Assembly (NCBI GenBank): GCA_040954595.2
Contig: CM082576.2
Coordinates: forward strand, 12,031,129 to 12,095,128
From: Balanoglossus misakiensis
Taxonomy: Eukaryota > Animalia > Hemichordata
Direction: 5' to 3'
Length of the DNA stretch: 64,000 nucleotides
Shown: positions 35,983 to 49,500 of the stretch, piece by piece
Layout of the letters: every line of letters begins with the position of its first letter
Position numbering within the stretch: the stretch's first letter is position 1
Translations under genes and position numbers: made by a program
The notes under the pieces: generated by a model
What the model saw: the letters and a program-made list of their open reading frames with translations, nothing else
Databases searched by the model: none
Told to the model about the DNA's origin: nothing

Positions 35983-38900
35983 GTTAACCATAGACGTGCT
36001 AGCCATTATGAGCAGACACTTTCAAATGGCGATATTTGGTGATGGACACGTAAGAAACAGATTAACTAGAAGTAGGCCTACACTGCCATAAAACAAAACA
36101 TATTCATTAAGCAATGTACAGTGTAATATTTTAATAGCATCCTTTCAAATATTCGCTTTATTCAGTAAACTGTTTTCTTAAATTTATATCAAACCAAATG
36201 TTCTGACCAGGAAAACGCGTGACCAAATCTTCCCTTTGCTGCAAGTGAGGTGTGCCGAATTAAAAAAAGTACAGTAACTGTATCACCGCCACTCACATTA
36301 CCTTGGCAGGCGAACATGACCCGGTTAAAAACTTTGAGCAGGGACAAGTCACTAACGACATGGGAGGGTGAAACAATAAAGAGTATGATTCGAAAGAATT
36401 TTGGAAGTTTTGACGACCGAAAGGTTGAATGGCGACAATCCGACATCAAAATCAATCCGCATCCAGCCGGAGCGTTACATAGAAACGGCTCCAAACTTGA
36501 AGACAAAATTACTCTAGAATCGAAATGTACAAAAATGTGCAAAATTTATATCGTGTCCTTTGTCGATATTTTGGCTCTCTGACAATATTTGTATGACTTA
36601 TCTCCCGTTTTTTTTACAATATCGGGAAGGGATGTGAAAATGAATATCAAAAAACGACCCCCCTCCTATATGATTAATGACCAGTCCCTTGGACCCCCCC
36701 CCCCGAGGATGGCATTTGCCGAAACGAATAGAGGATCGCGTAACTGTCAAGTCACCGTAAACCCGCCTTGGCTGAGCAACTGGAATGTTCGACCTGACCA
36801 AACCCAACTTTGACTTGAAGATCGATGTTTCCACACAGGCGGTCCCCTTGTAGCAACTTCGGAATTGTGCTGGCGTGAATATCTCGCCGCTCCCCTTGTT
36901 GTACGGGCGACCGTTTGTTTGCCGGGGTTGCCATAACACCCCCATGAAGTAGTAATTACTTTTCCATTTTCAATTCTGTGCAGGCATTTTGGCTTCATTA
37001 GTCCTCTGTTAGGTTCACCCACAAGGCCACACTTTTGTACGTGCGTCGAATGCACCGGGTTATAACCCGTAGTCAACCGAAGGGGCCAAGGTCACTTTTA
37101 CCTGCATTTGAGATTTCAAAATGACACGCCAAGTTCAATACCTGACAGACAACACATTATGAGTCAGGTGTTTACACGAGGCGACATTATGAAAACAAAC
37201 CATGAATTATTGCGCGTTCGATAGAGGAAAAAACGCGGTCCGGTCTGGCGCGTTGATGTATCTGTCTGCCGCATTCATTTACAATGCACACAAAGAAATC
37301 TTGTCAGGCTAAACGCGTTTCCAAGCAAAGGAGAAAGTTATGAGCCTTTGTCGCTATTAAGTCTACATTAGCAAGTTGAAGTGATCCCCTTAGCAACGGA
37401 AGGCTCCTTTCTGGTATGTGCCTTGCCGATGTAGTCAACACATATACCACTGATATTGTTTCTATCAGACTTTAAGTAAGCGTGGGTCACACTCGACAGA
37501 GCGTTCTATTCGGTACTATGGTAACTGGACTACACAGACAACATTTGACCATCCCCTCAGGGTAACCCTTTTATAAAATGATGTACATGAATTTCTTTGT
37601 GTATAGACGACAAAGTCTCTCTTTTCTTTCTTCCTTTCTTTTCCCCCTTTCTATCTATCTGCCGAAATGTGTTCAATCAAAAAAATAATTAATATGTAAA
37701 TATTACTATTTCCCTCATATCTTCGCGGGATCGTACTCCGTTTCTGCAACTAAAACAATGTTTTCATTTTGTTCATTTAAAAAGGACTGAAAAATACCAT
37801 CTACACTATGTTTAGACTGACCTTATCAAGTCATAAGTTTCTCCTATATAAACATGCATACGTTCGCGTTAAAACTAACTTGTTTAAACTGTCTGTGGTA
37901 GACTATTAACTATATGTGTCGAAATACATATGTAGGTCGGCCCGGCAAGCAATCTTGTCACCGTCTGCAATAGCGCAGAGGGGCTTTCATAAATGTCACG
38001 GTACAAATTGCACGTTACAAAAACAAACAGATCAGATTGGATCTCTCAACAGACAAAAGGTGTGTCTGTCAGGGCGCGGGACAATACACAGTGGATAATT
38101 TCTTGTTCCGAGTCGCTCGTTTACTGTCTACAAATGAATCTGCTGGCTAATGGTGCAAAACCCGGGCAATAAAAAATGCTTTATAGTTTCCTTTTGCTCT
38201 TGTGAGGAAATAAAATAAATGCAGCCCCAATTAGTAGCCGTGTACTGGAAGTAGAGCAAGACGCTGAACGAACGAGGTCGCTTGAATGACGTCATCGGTG
38301 AGAGTCAGGTTCAGCGATCTTTCCGCAACGATTGCACATTTACGCATATCATGGCACTTAGTTTAAAGCCTATTTTACGTGATAAAGTTTTGAATGAAAG
38401 GACCGAACCCCAATCAAGCCAAATCCCTTTACAATTTAGACGTTGGCCTCAGAGGTAATGCATAAGGGGATCCTTCTTGCGTTTTCTCGATTCCATAGAA
38501 ATGTGTTCTTTACTTGTTCAAATGTTACCTAAAATTCTGTCCAAAACTTCTCCACCCCGCACTAAAGATTAAGATGGCACTACATATATATACAATTTTC
38601 ATGGTGACTCTATTGGCCATATGCATATTCCTCACTTTCCAACAAAGTGGTTTATGTCATGATTGCTACGTGAAAACGGTTTGTAATCGTCTGCATTAAA
38701 CTACAAGAGATTAAAACATGTCAAGTTGAAGCTGTAAATGTGGAATGCACGCACCTGCTGTCGGCCGTCGCCGCTGAAGTGTGAAATTGTGGACGTGAAG
38801 AGGGCATGACGAGACTATATTCTTGCAACTTCAACACTAATCTCTTCAAGCTATAATTAAATCTTTCAGATTTTTTAATCTCAAATATATGCGTATGTTA

Positions 38901-41900
38901 CAAATGTAAATACAAGGTATGTAAATGTTTTAATATCAATGATCAAATTCTTTTGTTACGTAGTTTGAGACGTCCTAGCACGGACAACAAGGTCAATAAA
39001 AATCAATACTGGTTAAATACAGCGTCGTTAATACATATCACGCACGGGTCTTCAAACCTTGACACAGTTTCTTGTATAGAAGTGCCTTAAAATAACTTTT
39101 GCAAAACAATCGCATAGCTGGTTCATGGTCAGACGAGTTAGAAACTAGACTGGTTCTGATGAGTAGAAGCCATATATTGATTTTAGGGAATACTGCATGG
39201 TACCACGCATAGTTCTAACAGGTGTGTGGTTTTGGTCAAGTATACAGCGTTCCCATAATACTTTCTTTATGATGGAATTTGGTGTTTGACAAAATATTCT
39301 TAATGGCGACCCCCAAATCCCTTTGGTAGATACATGTACCATAAAAGAGTGGTTTTCTGCGGTCAGCTACGGGCTATTAAGTTTGTACGGCTATTCATGT
39401 CAAGTTGGCAAACGCGCCCCAAAAGGTTGGAATACAAGTAAACACCTTTTGTATTTAAATGTTGTCAGTCGTTGATGAAGTGTGAAAGTGTCAGCCATGA
39501 TATGCGAGCGTGTCGAATTGGGATTTTTCGCGTTTAGTTAGGGAACTACTAAAAATATTGCCAGTTCTTGATGTTACTAATGCTGAACAGCAATGAATTT
39601 ACAAACAAAATCATGGGAATAAGGGTATTCCCATCCAACTTGTAATAGTTATAGGGTCTGAAACAGCACTTTTCGTGCACTCGCCATTCTTTGATTTTTC
39701 TATGGGAAAATAAATTCACGACTCCATAAAAAAACAAGCACGGTGACCATTCATTATTTTAGCATTAGTCATTTTCCGATCTCCACGATCAAAATTTAGA
39801 ACCTTCGTCCACTCATACCACGTAGTTATAAACGCAGTTCATTAATTCTGGAGAGATAATTTCAGGTTGTCATGACTTTTGATCGTTGATGTTCCCTCTC
39901 CATTGAAGAGTGACGCCTTTGGCGTGATGTTTTATCCGAGTCGGTCTCTTTGAGGAGTTCAAAACTAAATGATGCGATACGGAGGTTTTAGGCAACACAA
40001 AACAACAGCAATACACGAACAATACGCAATTTATCAAGTTATATAAACATAGCTCAATCAATGTCGTGGTATATGTGAACATTTGTCTTTGTTTTTTCTC
40101 TCTTAGAATGGTAAGCATGTTAAGTACATGGTATACTTTTCGTGTGAATGTAAAATCATGAAAACACTTGTCCGTACAGTAGGGCTTAAAAGACCAATGA
40201 AGGGTCTATATACGTACGATGGAAACGTCCTTGCCGAATTCATACCGTCCGCCCCAGAACCCCAAGTCATTTCAACAGAGAATTTAGTTACAAAGCGCAT
40301 TGGTTTGATGGATCAATCATATCGGTGAACAGAACCATCATCAAAAAGACCGAAGCCAGTCGTCGGTCACCCGGAGGCGTTACTGTACAATGCGGGGGGA
40401 ATTTCGACAATCCAAAATTATGACAGCCTAAAATTATCTCTCCATTATTAATGAATTGCGCTAATGATTCCATCATTAAACACCCGGTTAGGTAAACAAC
40501 ACGGACAGTGGTAATATGCCTTGGTGAGTTCTGACAAACCTCCAGAAGTTGCCAGTTAACAACACTAGAAACGTCAAAATACGAAAAATATGCAAGATGG
40601 TATCCATGGAAACAGGGTACCGCAGTCATGATTTCTACCACCCGTCCTCTTATACACATGTTTCGCGTCTAGAATTTCTACATCTCCCTTCCCCTTCCTC
40701 GACACTTCAACTTAATAGACGCCGCGTGCAAATTCAGGGGATATAGTACACAAGTGCATTCTGCGAAGACACGGAGTCGTGAACGTGAAAGATGAGCAAC
40801 TTTTCTATGCACAGAAATTGCAACGCCCAAAACAAAGCTGTGTATCAGTATTTTTGTCAGAATCACATGAGCGTATCAAGGCACCCCTGGCGATAACCTA
40901 TATTAACAGTACCAGGGATGTTGCGCCTTGAACCTTTATCAAGCACCGATGACAGCAACAAAAATGTTTCCGACAGAATACTATAATTGATTTAGGTACC
41001 AAAATAATACCCCCTCGGGGTTTATCACGTCGGTGCGACGAAAATTAAAAGCTTTGACACACCCGTATGGTGACACCACTGACACTTTCACACATCAGTG
41101 GTGACAGATAAGCGATTGTCAAAACTGAGCCGTGTTTCCACCTTCAGCTTCAACGGTGCGAAACTGGACTTGCATGACCGATTACGCACAAACTTGTTAC
41201 AGAAAAAACATATACACGTTTCTTTTCCCCTGAGATTATCATTCGCGACATGAGCTTACTTCCAAAAGAGTGACTTTTGTATATTCACTTTCACCTAATG
41301 TTTCATTAAAAAGTAACATAAACTCATTAAATCGCCCAATATTTCCATTTTCTGTACAAAATGCTTAATATTGTCCTTTTCTCAGGATAGGATTCCTTCA
41401 ATTCTGTTCATTCTCAAGCAAAAGAGATTCGATGCCAATTTCCTCGATTTGACGTGAGTAACCGTTGCGACCTACTTGCAGCCTGTGTGTTGGGTTTGTT
41501 GCAAGTTCGGGTATCCAAGCGGCGAAACCATATTTCAATTCAATTAACTCCAGTCCAAACGATTTACAACATTCCCAGAGTGTAAATTTATCTCTAAACC
41601 CAATCATTTAGACTGTCAACAAAAGGTATATTTTGAAGAGCCAAGGGTGCACATACATCCTTACTGAAATGGAACCTCCTTACAATATGTGCGTCTTTAA
41701 AAAGTCCACTGATTTATTTTATGGGCCAGGTGGGCTATCCGGCCCCACGTGACAACGATTTGACCAATCACAGCGAGGGAAACGGACGAGGCGTTGTACG
41801 GTACAGCGGAGCCGAGCGACACCCACATGCCAAACGTAAATGAGGATTGTAAAGGCGATAGAATTCCGGCAGTATTGCACCTTCACGCATTCAGAAAAGA

Positions 41901-43475
41901 AAAAATACTCCACTCCGGGACGCGAAGATGTCGACGAATGGGAAAAGGGGTGCGAATGCTGTTCTCACGCGTATAAATAAAATGCATACGACCGCTGAGA
42001 AACAAAATGCAATTTGGATTTCCCAAACTTATGTGATTAATATTTAAAAGACACATTCAGATTTCCTTTAGGAAAGATTTCGCAAATTCAATTTCTAACC
42101 TATCCCGTTAAGTCATATCCAACTCCGAACCCACACCCTTTGAATTTATAACTTCCTATTGCTTTACACACACACAATCACACATGTATTGAGCGCCATA
42201 ATAGGGGGGAACAGCTCCGCAAGACGGCATTTTGTGGTACCACTGACCTTTTGACCTCACTACAAGGCGACAGGAGATAATAATAATGTTCAAAATGGAA
42301 TCAGACGAATCGAGGCTCAGTAAACCTTTTGTGTGTGATCGATTTTTTTCTAAAAAAGGAAAACCCGCTGGGTTTTATTTTTGTTCAATTGTGTTTGTTT
42401 TGCGGCGTTTTTCCAAACTTATAATTTCATGTGTGGTTGCTGCATGCTTAAGCTTGTTTCAACTACCTGTAGGCTTAAATATTCCTACGTTTGTGACAAG
42501 TGGTCTCAGATCAACAACACTCAAAATTCCTCTCAGTTCATGCCGTGGCGCCATACTGTAGTGTTCGTTTGTGCAATTCATTATTCTTCGATGTTTGGAT
42601 AATTGCAAGACCGGGGGAAGATGTGTTTGATGTAGGTAAGCAATTATACTCACTTTCAATTTAAATTGAAACGCTTCCAGAGAACTTTCTTCAACCTTTG
42701 GCGTTATTTATACGTGAGAATGTCAACCACAAAATGGGATGTAGCAAGAATTCAGTTTCCTTTTTCAAGAAAGATATCTCAACAATTCAGGTCGTTCAAC
42801 AGCTGTCATTTACGGCTAGATATTGGTAATTTCTGAACATTCTAGTTTTCAAGCCTGCACGGGTCTTAGCAAGTTTATCCCTGTATTTGACCACTTTATA
42901 GAGGGTGTCTATGATTTACAGACGATATAAAAATCAGTGGATCACCTCTACAATTTGTCCAGCCGAGAGTCCACTATTTTTTTTACACTTGTCACTGTCG
43001 CCGTTAAAGCGAAACGACTGACGAAAACAGGAACACGATATCTATAACAAGCTTATCCGACTGTAAGCCTTATTACTATCAGCGCGTCAGCTGCGATCGG
43101 CGCTGCCTGTACAAGTACAAGGAGCTCCAAGCGAGATTTACAGTCCTGGATGTTAATTTCATTTTATTTAAATCTTAATAAAAAGCACAACGAAGAAATA
43201 AAAACTAAAATGGTTTGAGTCGACAAAAAGGCAGGAAACTGGTCTTATCTTTACTATGCTAGTAGTGATTTACTGTAAGATTTATGAGTTATTCAGGAGA
43301 GCGGCCGTCGGTTTTATAGGGGAGATTTAAACACTGGGATAAGGGACATTACAACCTGACACATCGTTACTTAAAGTTGAGCTGTATATGTCAATCGCGT
43401 GACTTTAGAATGATTTCGTGTCTTTGCAATTTCTCTCTGTAAGGAGAAATATCACCGCTCGCATACTCATATAAT

Positions 43476-43545
43476 GTCTGCCTCTCTCTGTTTCTGTCTG
43501 TCTGCCTGTCTGTGTCTGTCTCTCTGTCTCTGTCTCGCTCTCTCC
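43476..43545. repeat. CT/CTGT low-complexity repeat
   Basis: tgtctgcctctctctgtttctgtctgtctgcctgtctgtgtctgtctctctgtctctgtctcgctctctc. Confidence 0.7.
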
Positions 43546-46500
43546 TACAAATAACAGTCTTCATACTGGTCCAAGGAATAAACGTGCAGAATCACGAACA
43601 CAGTAGAAGAAACTGTAGGTTCTAAAATACAGTAAAGCAATCCCATTATGCTTTTTCATAGTTCAGGTTGGAAAGTTCGCATTGTGTGAAGGATCTAGCC
43701 TGTATTTTAACAAGAACAACGGGAACGAGCGTAAGGTCATGGTATTTTTTTAGTTAAGCGTCGTGTTAAAATGTCGTTTTGAAAGTGATATGCAGTTAAC
43801 AACCTGACACACCTAGTCTTTTCTATAACATATGTTATTATGCTTGTAAAACTACCCCGTTGTCTCTTTCCGATCTCCAAGTCTCGCTTTCTACATTAGG
43901 CCAATTGACCGGTACGGTTTTACGACCTCGAACAAGGTCAAAGCCCTTTGGATGGGCTTTGTGCCGAAATGTTACTCGGGGACAACAAGTCGGGCTCTAT
44001 CAATACGCTATTGGTTTGTCATCAATATGTTAAAAAGGTCGGTGTCTTCGCTTCACGATTATTGTTTGTAGTTTTGTTCACTCGTAAGATTGCGCGGTGA
44101 TCGACCAGTTGCGGCGATACAGCATGCACCCTTCGTGAACTCCGCACGATCAGTGTCAAATCGATCGATCAAATGCCGACAGATTTCGCAACTGTAAATC
44201 ATGGCGTCGACTGTGTAAAGTACGGCTCTGGCGTTTCGTTTACCTGTGACGCATTCGCTTTGGCGTAACAATCGCTGCGGTACATGCAACTATGAAATTT
44301 CGACCATCCCATAACACGCGAGCCATAACGACCCCACGACGTGACTTGGAGTCATTTTTTTTACCGTCGCGCGAATCTAGAAGTCCGCCCGGTGAAACCC
44401 ACGTATTTTCCTGTTTTGCTTGTCGTCGGCGCCCATGCAAACACGTCAAATTTTCATGGAGGCAAATTGTTTACTAATATCGACATGAGCGTGCGAATGT
44501 TTTAATCGCCTTTTAAGTACTTGGACCTACACTGTAGCAAACACGACATGTTGCTCGAGTCTGGTAGTAGTACATTTGAAGTGGCGCGGCGTGTCCTTTC
44601 AATTTGCTGGCGGTGAAATAACTGCGGCCCAGTAACTATAAATCAGGGCCCCGGAGGGTCTCCAGAAGCAAATTTATGTGCAGTCGACACAAATTTGCCT
44701 GCAGGAAAATCAATGAGAACAGTATAAATCCGCAGTAAAGTCATAATTTGCTATTCACGACCACACTTTTCTCCCCCTCTGCTTTGTTTAATTGCGATGG
44801 CTGGGTCATCTCCAACACAGAGTAAAAGTGGGGTAGGCCTAATGGGTATTGCCGAATTCTGCATTGTCTGAATCGAGTGACTCTGTTTTACGACAGAGCA
44901 GTTTATCTTAGGTCAATCCGAGTAATCTCCGCCAAGCCTTCCTCACACTTCTGTTGTTGTTTTTTGTTCCACGGGAGCTTGCAACCAAAGTCCACGCGAC
45001 GACTGCACTGAAGCCAGTTGGGTATTCAACAGGTGGTCGGCCGGCGTGACGTAACATGAACAGAGCTGCCGGTGGTCGAAACATTCGCGCTCGGAACTGC
45101 ATGGACAGAGGACGGACGGGCGCAATAATCTGGCGTTGAAATCATACTCGCCACTTCATGGTTGCGTGGAGTGCCAAATCAAAGCATCGGCGCGTTGACA
45201 ATTTAGGGGGCAATTTGCACAATAACGCCGCAGTCCAGGTCGGCGGATCGCCCATGGTTCCAGGTACCCCCGAACCGACTCTCTCTCTGCCCTTTAACGC
45301 TACATGTCATGGTCAGTCATTAGAACCTTTCTGACAGTACTCGTTGACCAGATGTTGATAAATGATGGTCATATTCCGCCGGATTGGCTTGTCTGCTTCT
45401 TATAATAGCGTAAAGATACACTCAACATTCGCGTAGTCTCAGAATTTCGCTCCTCGGATGCACTCGCAAGTATTGACGTCAACAGGTGCACTGTACTATC
45501 GTAAGTATGGATCGCTCACGCTATAAATTTATTTTAAGGTCTCTATTTGACATTTTTTATCCCAAATCTCCTTTTCCAAACGGTCTGGCAAATCCTTTGT
45601 TGGGATGTGTGAAAAGCAAAACAAATATTTCTTTGTAAATACCTATTCTCTGCCCACTCTTGTGTGTGTTGTGTGTGTGTACACGTTTAGTAATGCTGTT
45701 CTGGGTGGAACTAATTAGTCACTATGGCATACATGTATATGGATTGACAGTTGACTTCAAACAACAACGCGGTGACGCGTCGTGTGTGCAACATCCAACC
45801 GCGAATTAGTGCACCGCAGACAGGCGACACGACACACCTGCGTGGACGTGTGATTTTCAAGTCAGGGGCTGTCCACTCAGGAATCGCGCACTGAAGCACT
45901 TGTTCTTTTTAGACGAAAACGAGGCATGCTTTGTGGATTAGCGAGGTCAAAGCCGTTTCAGGAAGGTGCGCAGATTCCAAATGCGTGTGATCGGGACCCC
46001 GTTCGCAAAGGTACGTGGAGAGAGATTTCTGTACTCGGTCAAACGCGGCGGTACGGCGTCGACCGTTCCATGGCAGGTTAGTTACTAGTTGCCAGCCGAG
46101 GATGAAGTCAAAATCCCCCATTCCAGTGATTTCAAGCGGCAGTTGCATGTCGTGAACTTACGCCATTTATTTGTTCACCGGATTTGCTTTATACCCTTGT
46201 AACTATCTAATCGGAACAGGTGGATTTAGATAAAGCGGGTCTTAAACGGTTAATTAGACTTCGGGGGATCAGCCCAGGCTCCCCATCTCATTATTACGAC
46301 ATCATAGAACAAAAAAAAATCGTTCGTTGCAACACGACTGATCGCCGGGACTGCACTTCGTCAGATCAGCTTTTTTTGACCCCGCAATAATCTGACAGAA
46401 AATCGGCCAAAAACTTGCATTTGTGACTTTACCTGTAACGCAAAATGTTTCTCGTTGTCACTCATGATATTGTGGTTGTGTACGATGGCGTTTTCTAACG

Positions 46501-49500
46501 GTTTCCAAGGTAACCCCAATGCTACGACTCTGACCTACATAATTTTGTTTTAGTTTTTTTTTTCGCCTGCACTGATTTGGTTCGTAACAGCAACTATTTG
46601 CTCTCAAACAGTGGAATTCCACACACAAGTGGCCCCATTTATCACAGAATGTTGGATCGACATGTTTGCACATTTTAGGTACCCGATAAGAACAAATGAT
46701 AAGGCCACTATACTCGCACGGTGGCAACCTCCATAAGGCAACCGTACTTTGTAAACAAGCTCGGGTATATTAATTAAATTTGTTATCATTTTTACTGGGT
46801 TACTCATCTTTTATCATATTAAAGCGCGCGAGGATGTTGACTATGTACATTTCAATCTGATGCAGGGATAAATATATTAAGTACCGCTGTGTACACACCC
46901 GTCCCCCTCCGATATCATTTGTTTATTGTAGGTCTAGTCCTGTTTTCTTAACATAACGTTCTAGCTGAGTTGTCTCTGCAATCTTAGAAATTTCAATATA
47001 ACGGTTGAGAACGTTGCCATGGTGACGGGGAAGGCTACCGTGAGAGGGCGACCTTTCGCTCGCGCCTGTCGCCAAGTCGTCCTTGGAGTTAGTGCCGTGT
47101 TTGATGTCACGATATGTCCCGTCCGAGCTCCGCAAGGTGGTAATTTTGCATCACGATTATTTGCCCATAGAGACCAGCGATGGCCGGAATTATAACCTAT
47201 TCTGTCCGCAGATGTCAATGATATTTGGCCCAAAACATTATTATTTTTTATTACTCCGGGGAGTCGATATTCATCCAACGCATCTGCCGATTGTATTGCA
47301 TTTCTCCGTAATATCATGCCTTCCATCGTTGAAGGGTTGAACGGCAATCGTCGAAGTGTTTCCCGCGCATTTTCCGGGAACTACACACACGACTGGGAGT
47401 ATCAACAAGTGCTGCTCTCGGAAACGTTGCCTTGGCTCTCTCAACCCAACGGTAATCATGAGGGGGGTCTTTTGCAAACGAGGAAGTATAGCGTCTCTTT
47501 TAGAGTCGTTCCATGGAGACAGAGCAACCGGGGATTCCCGGCGTATAACTGGCGAGTACTCCGGCAACACTATAAATTCCTCTTGTGCCCGTAACGTGTA
47601 CTGCCCGTTGGAACGCCGGGGTTTTCTAGTTCGGGGAATACTTCGCGAGAACAGGATAAGGTGTACTCAAGCGAATATAATCAATATTTTCATAAGCTGA
47701 CGCATCAATAGCGAAGAGGAAAAAAAATCAAGTTGTTTACAAGCATGTTTTTGGACCTTCGATTGGCTCTGGTACGGACGCATGGAAGCTGTTTACGTAT
47801 TATGGGTGATTTAAAGTCGAAGTGATTAACAACTCATGTTGCTATTGAAACACTTTGCTATAGCGAATATTAAAACGGGAAGCGTTTCCTCATTTGACAT
47901 CGTTACGCGCTTTTGACGTCATCACCCGGGCTTTGATGATGTCCATTTCGCCCCAAAATAAATACGTGAGCTATATTTTACGTATAAGCAAACTCGAAAG
48001 GAACTAAATTTAGCGGCGATATAAATATTCTGCGTTGTCAAGATATCTCTGACATTTCAGAGTAATCAACAAATGGAGACAATTAAATTTTGATTTATTA
48101 TTAATGGCGGGGCCGTATCTTTAGGTGGGTTTCCACGCACATTTTGACGATTTGGAAAATCGCTGGCGGAAATTGCGACTTGTTTTGATTTTGCCGACCG
48201 GCTGAATGCGAATGAATTCAGCGAAGAGGCAGAAGAAAACAAAAAAATGACATGACAATAGAGAAGTGTTTGTATAGGAGGTTATTCCTGCTTTGTCAGA
48301 GTCGATATCGTGAACTGGGATTCGGAACAGTACGTGCTCAGATGTCATTGACCTCTACAGAGAAACACAGAAAGAAAATTCTTCTCACATTATGACATAG
48401 CAAGGTGACTGTGGTGGTAGTGGTCACCGTGGAACTCATACGGCGCGCGCAGGGGAGCGTTCTCTATTCACCGAGCTGTCGTCCGGTCAGCGAGCGAGAT
48501 ACCGAACTCACCGACTATTGAACGCTTTGGCTTTCAAGTTCCTTGTACGTGGGTCCACCAAAAACGTTCGGTTAGCGGGACAAAGAATAGTTCTAGTGCA
48601 ACTTGAAAAGCGCTGTGCGTTCGTCGTGAACGTGGCCTTCTCTTGAGCTGCCCCGAAGACAATAACTGACAATAACCGATCGAGCGACAAGGCAAAGAGT
48701 CCTACGATGAACACATCAGATGTCGACGGTCTGTTGTGATCTGAAGGGTCCGCCGGTAGAATGAAGGTTGGCAAATCTAAATCTTTTCATACGAATTGAC
48801 GTATGTGAGTTCTGACAAGTTTGTTTAGTAGGTATACAGTGTCGCTGAAAGATTTGGGCATGGTGCTTGTTTTTGTTTTTTGTTTGATTGTCCGAGTTCT
48901 TCCTTCTTCGTCCAAATTCCGAAAGCACGACGGACAGTCCGACAACGCGAACAGCGGTTAAGTATTTCACAAGATACGTTCGCTGTTTATCGAAGCACAC
49001 CTTTACATATCCCCCCCCCCCCCCATCCGCGGACAGCTATAGGCGCACCATTCTCAACGGAAACTGTTGTACGTGAAATGTGGCCCTTTGATATCGGCTG
49101 ATTGCAGCCCCCGGGTTCATCATTCTGGCGACTGCATAACTGAGGCATACCTTATATTCTGCGCATGTTGTTGTGGCGACCATAGCCAGTGTAGTCGTCC
49201 TCTTTAAGGCAGGGGTCGACGCGGTGATTTTTGTCCGATGATGGGCTATTACCGCGAAAACACGCCATTAAATTCTGATTTATTAAGATGGTTACTGGCC
49301 AGACAGGGCGAGCTTGTTGTAATTATCGGAGGTGCGTAAAAAGAAGATAGCCGTGTATGACAACTCCATTCTACAATATATAATCAAGCACTATAGGCCA
49401 TATAATCTGCCCAGATCCGCGGATAACTACTCTTTTGTCGTAGTCAGGGCATCGGCTATCTACTTTATTGGCATAAAAACCGCTGACTTGTGTATTTTGG

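Noticed and set aside
41713-41980. Possible small non-autonomous element with AT-rich inverted ends containing CACGTG and CCAAT
   Set aside because: The terminal match is short and AT-rich, with no second copy or clear TSD in the window.
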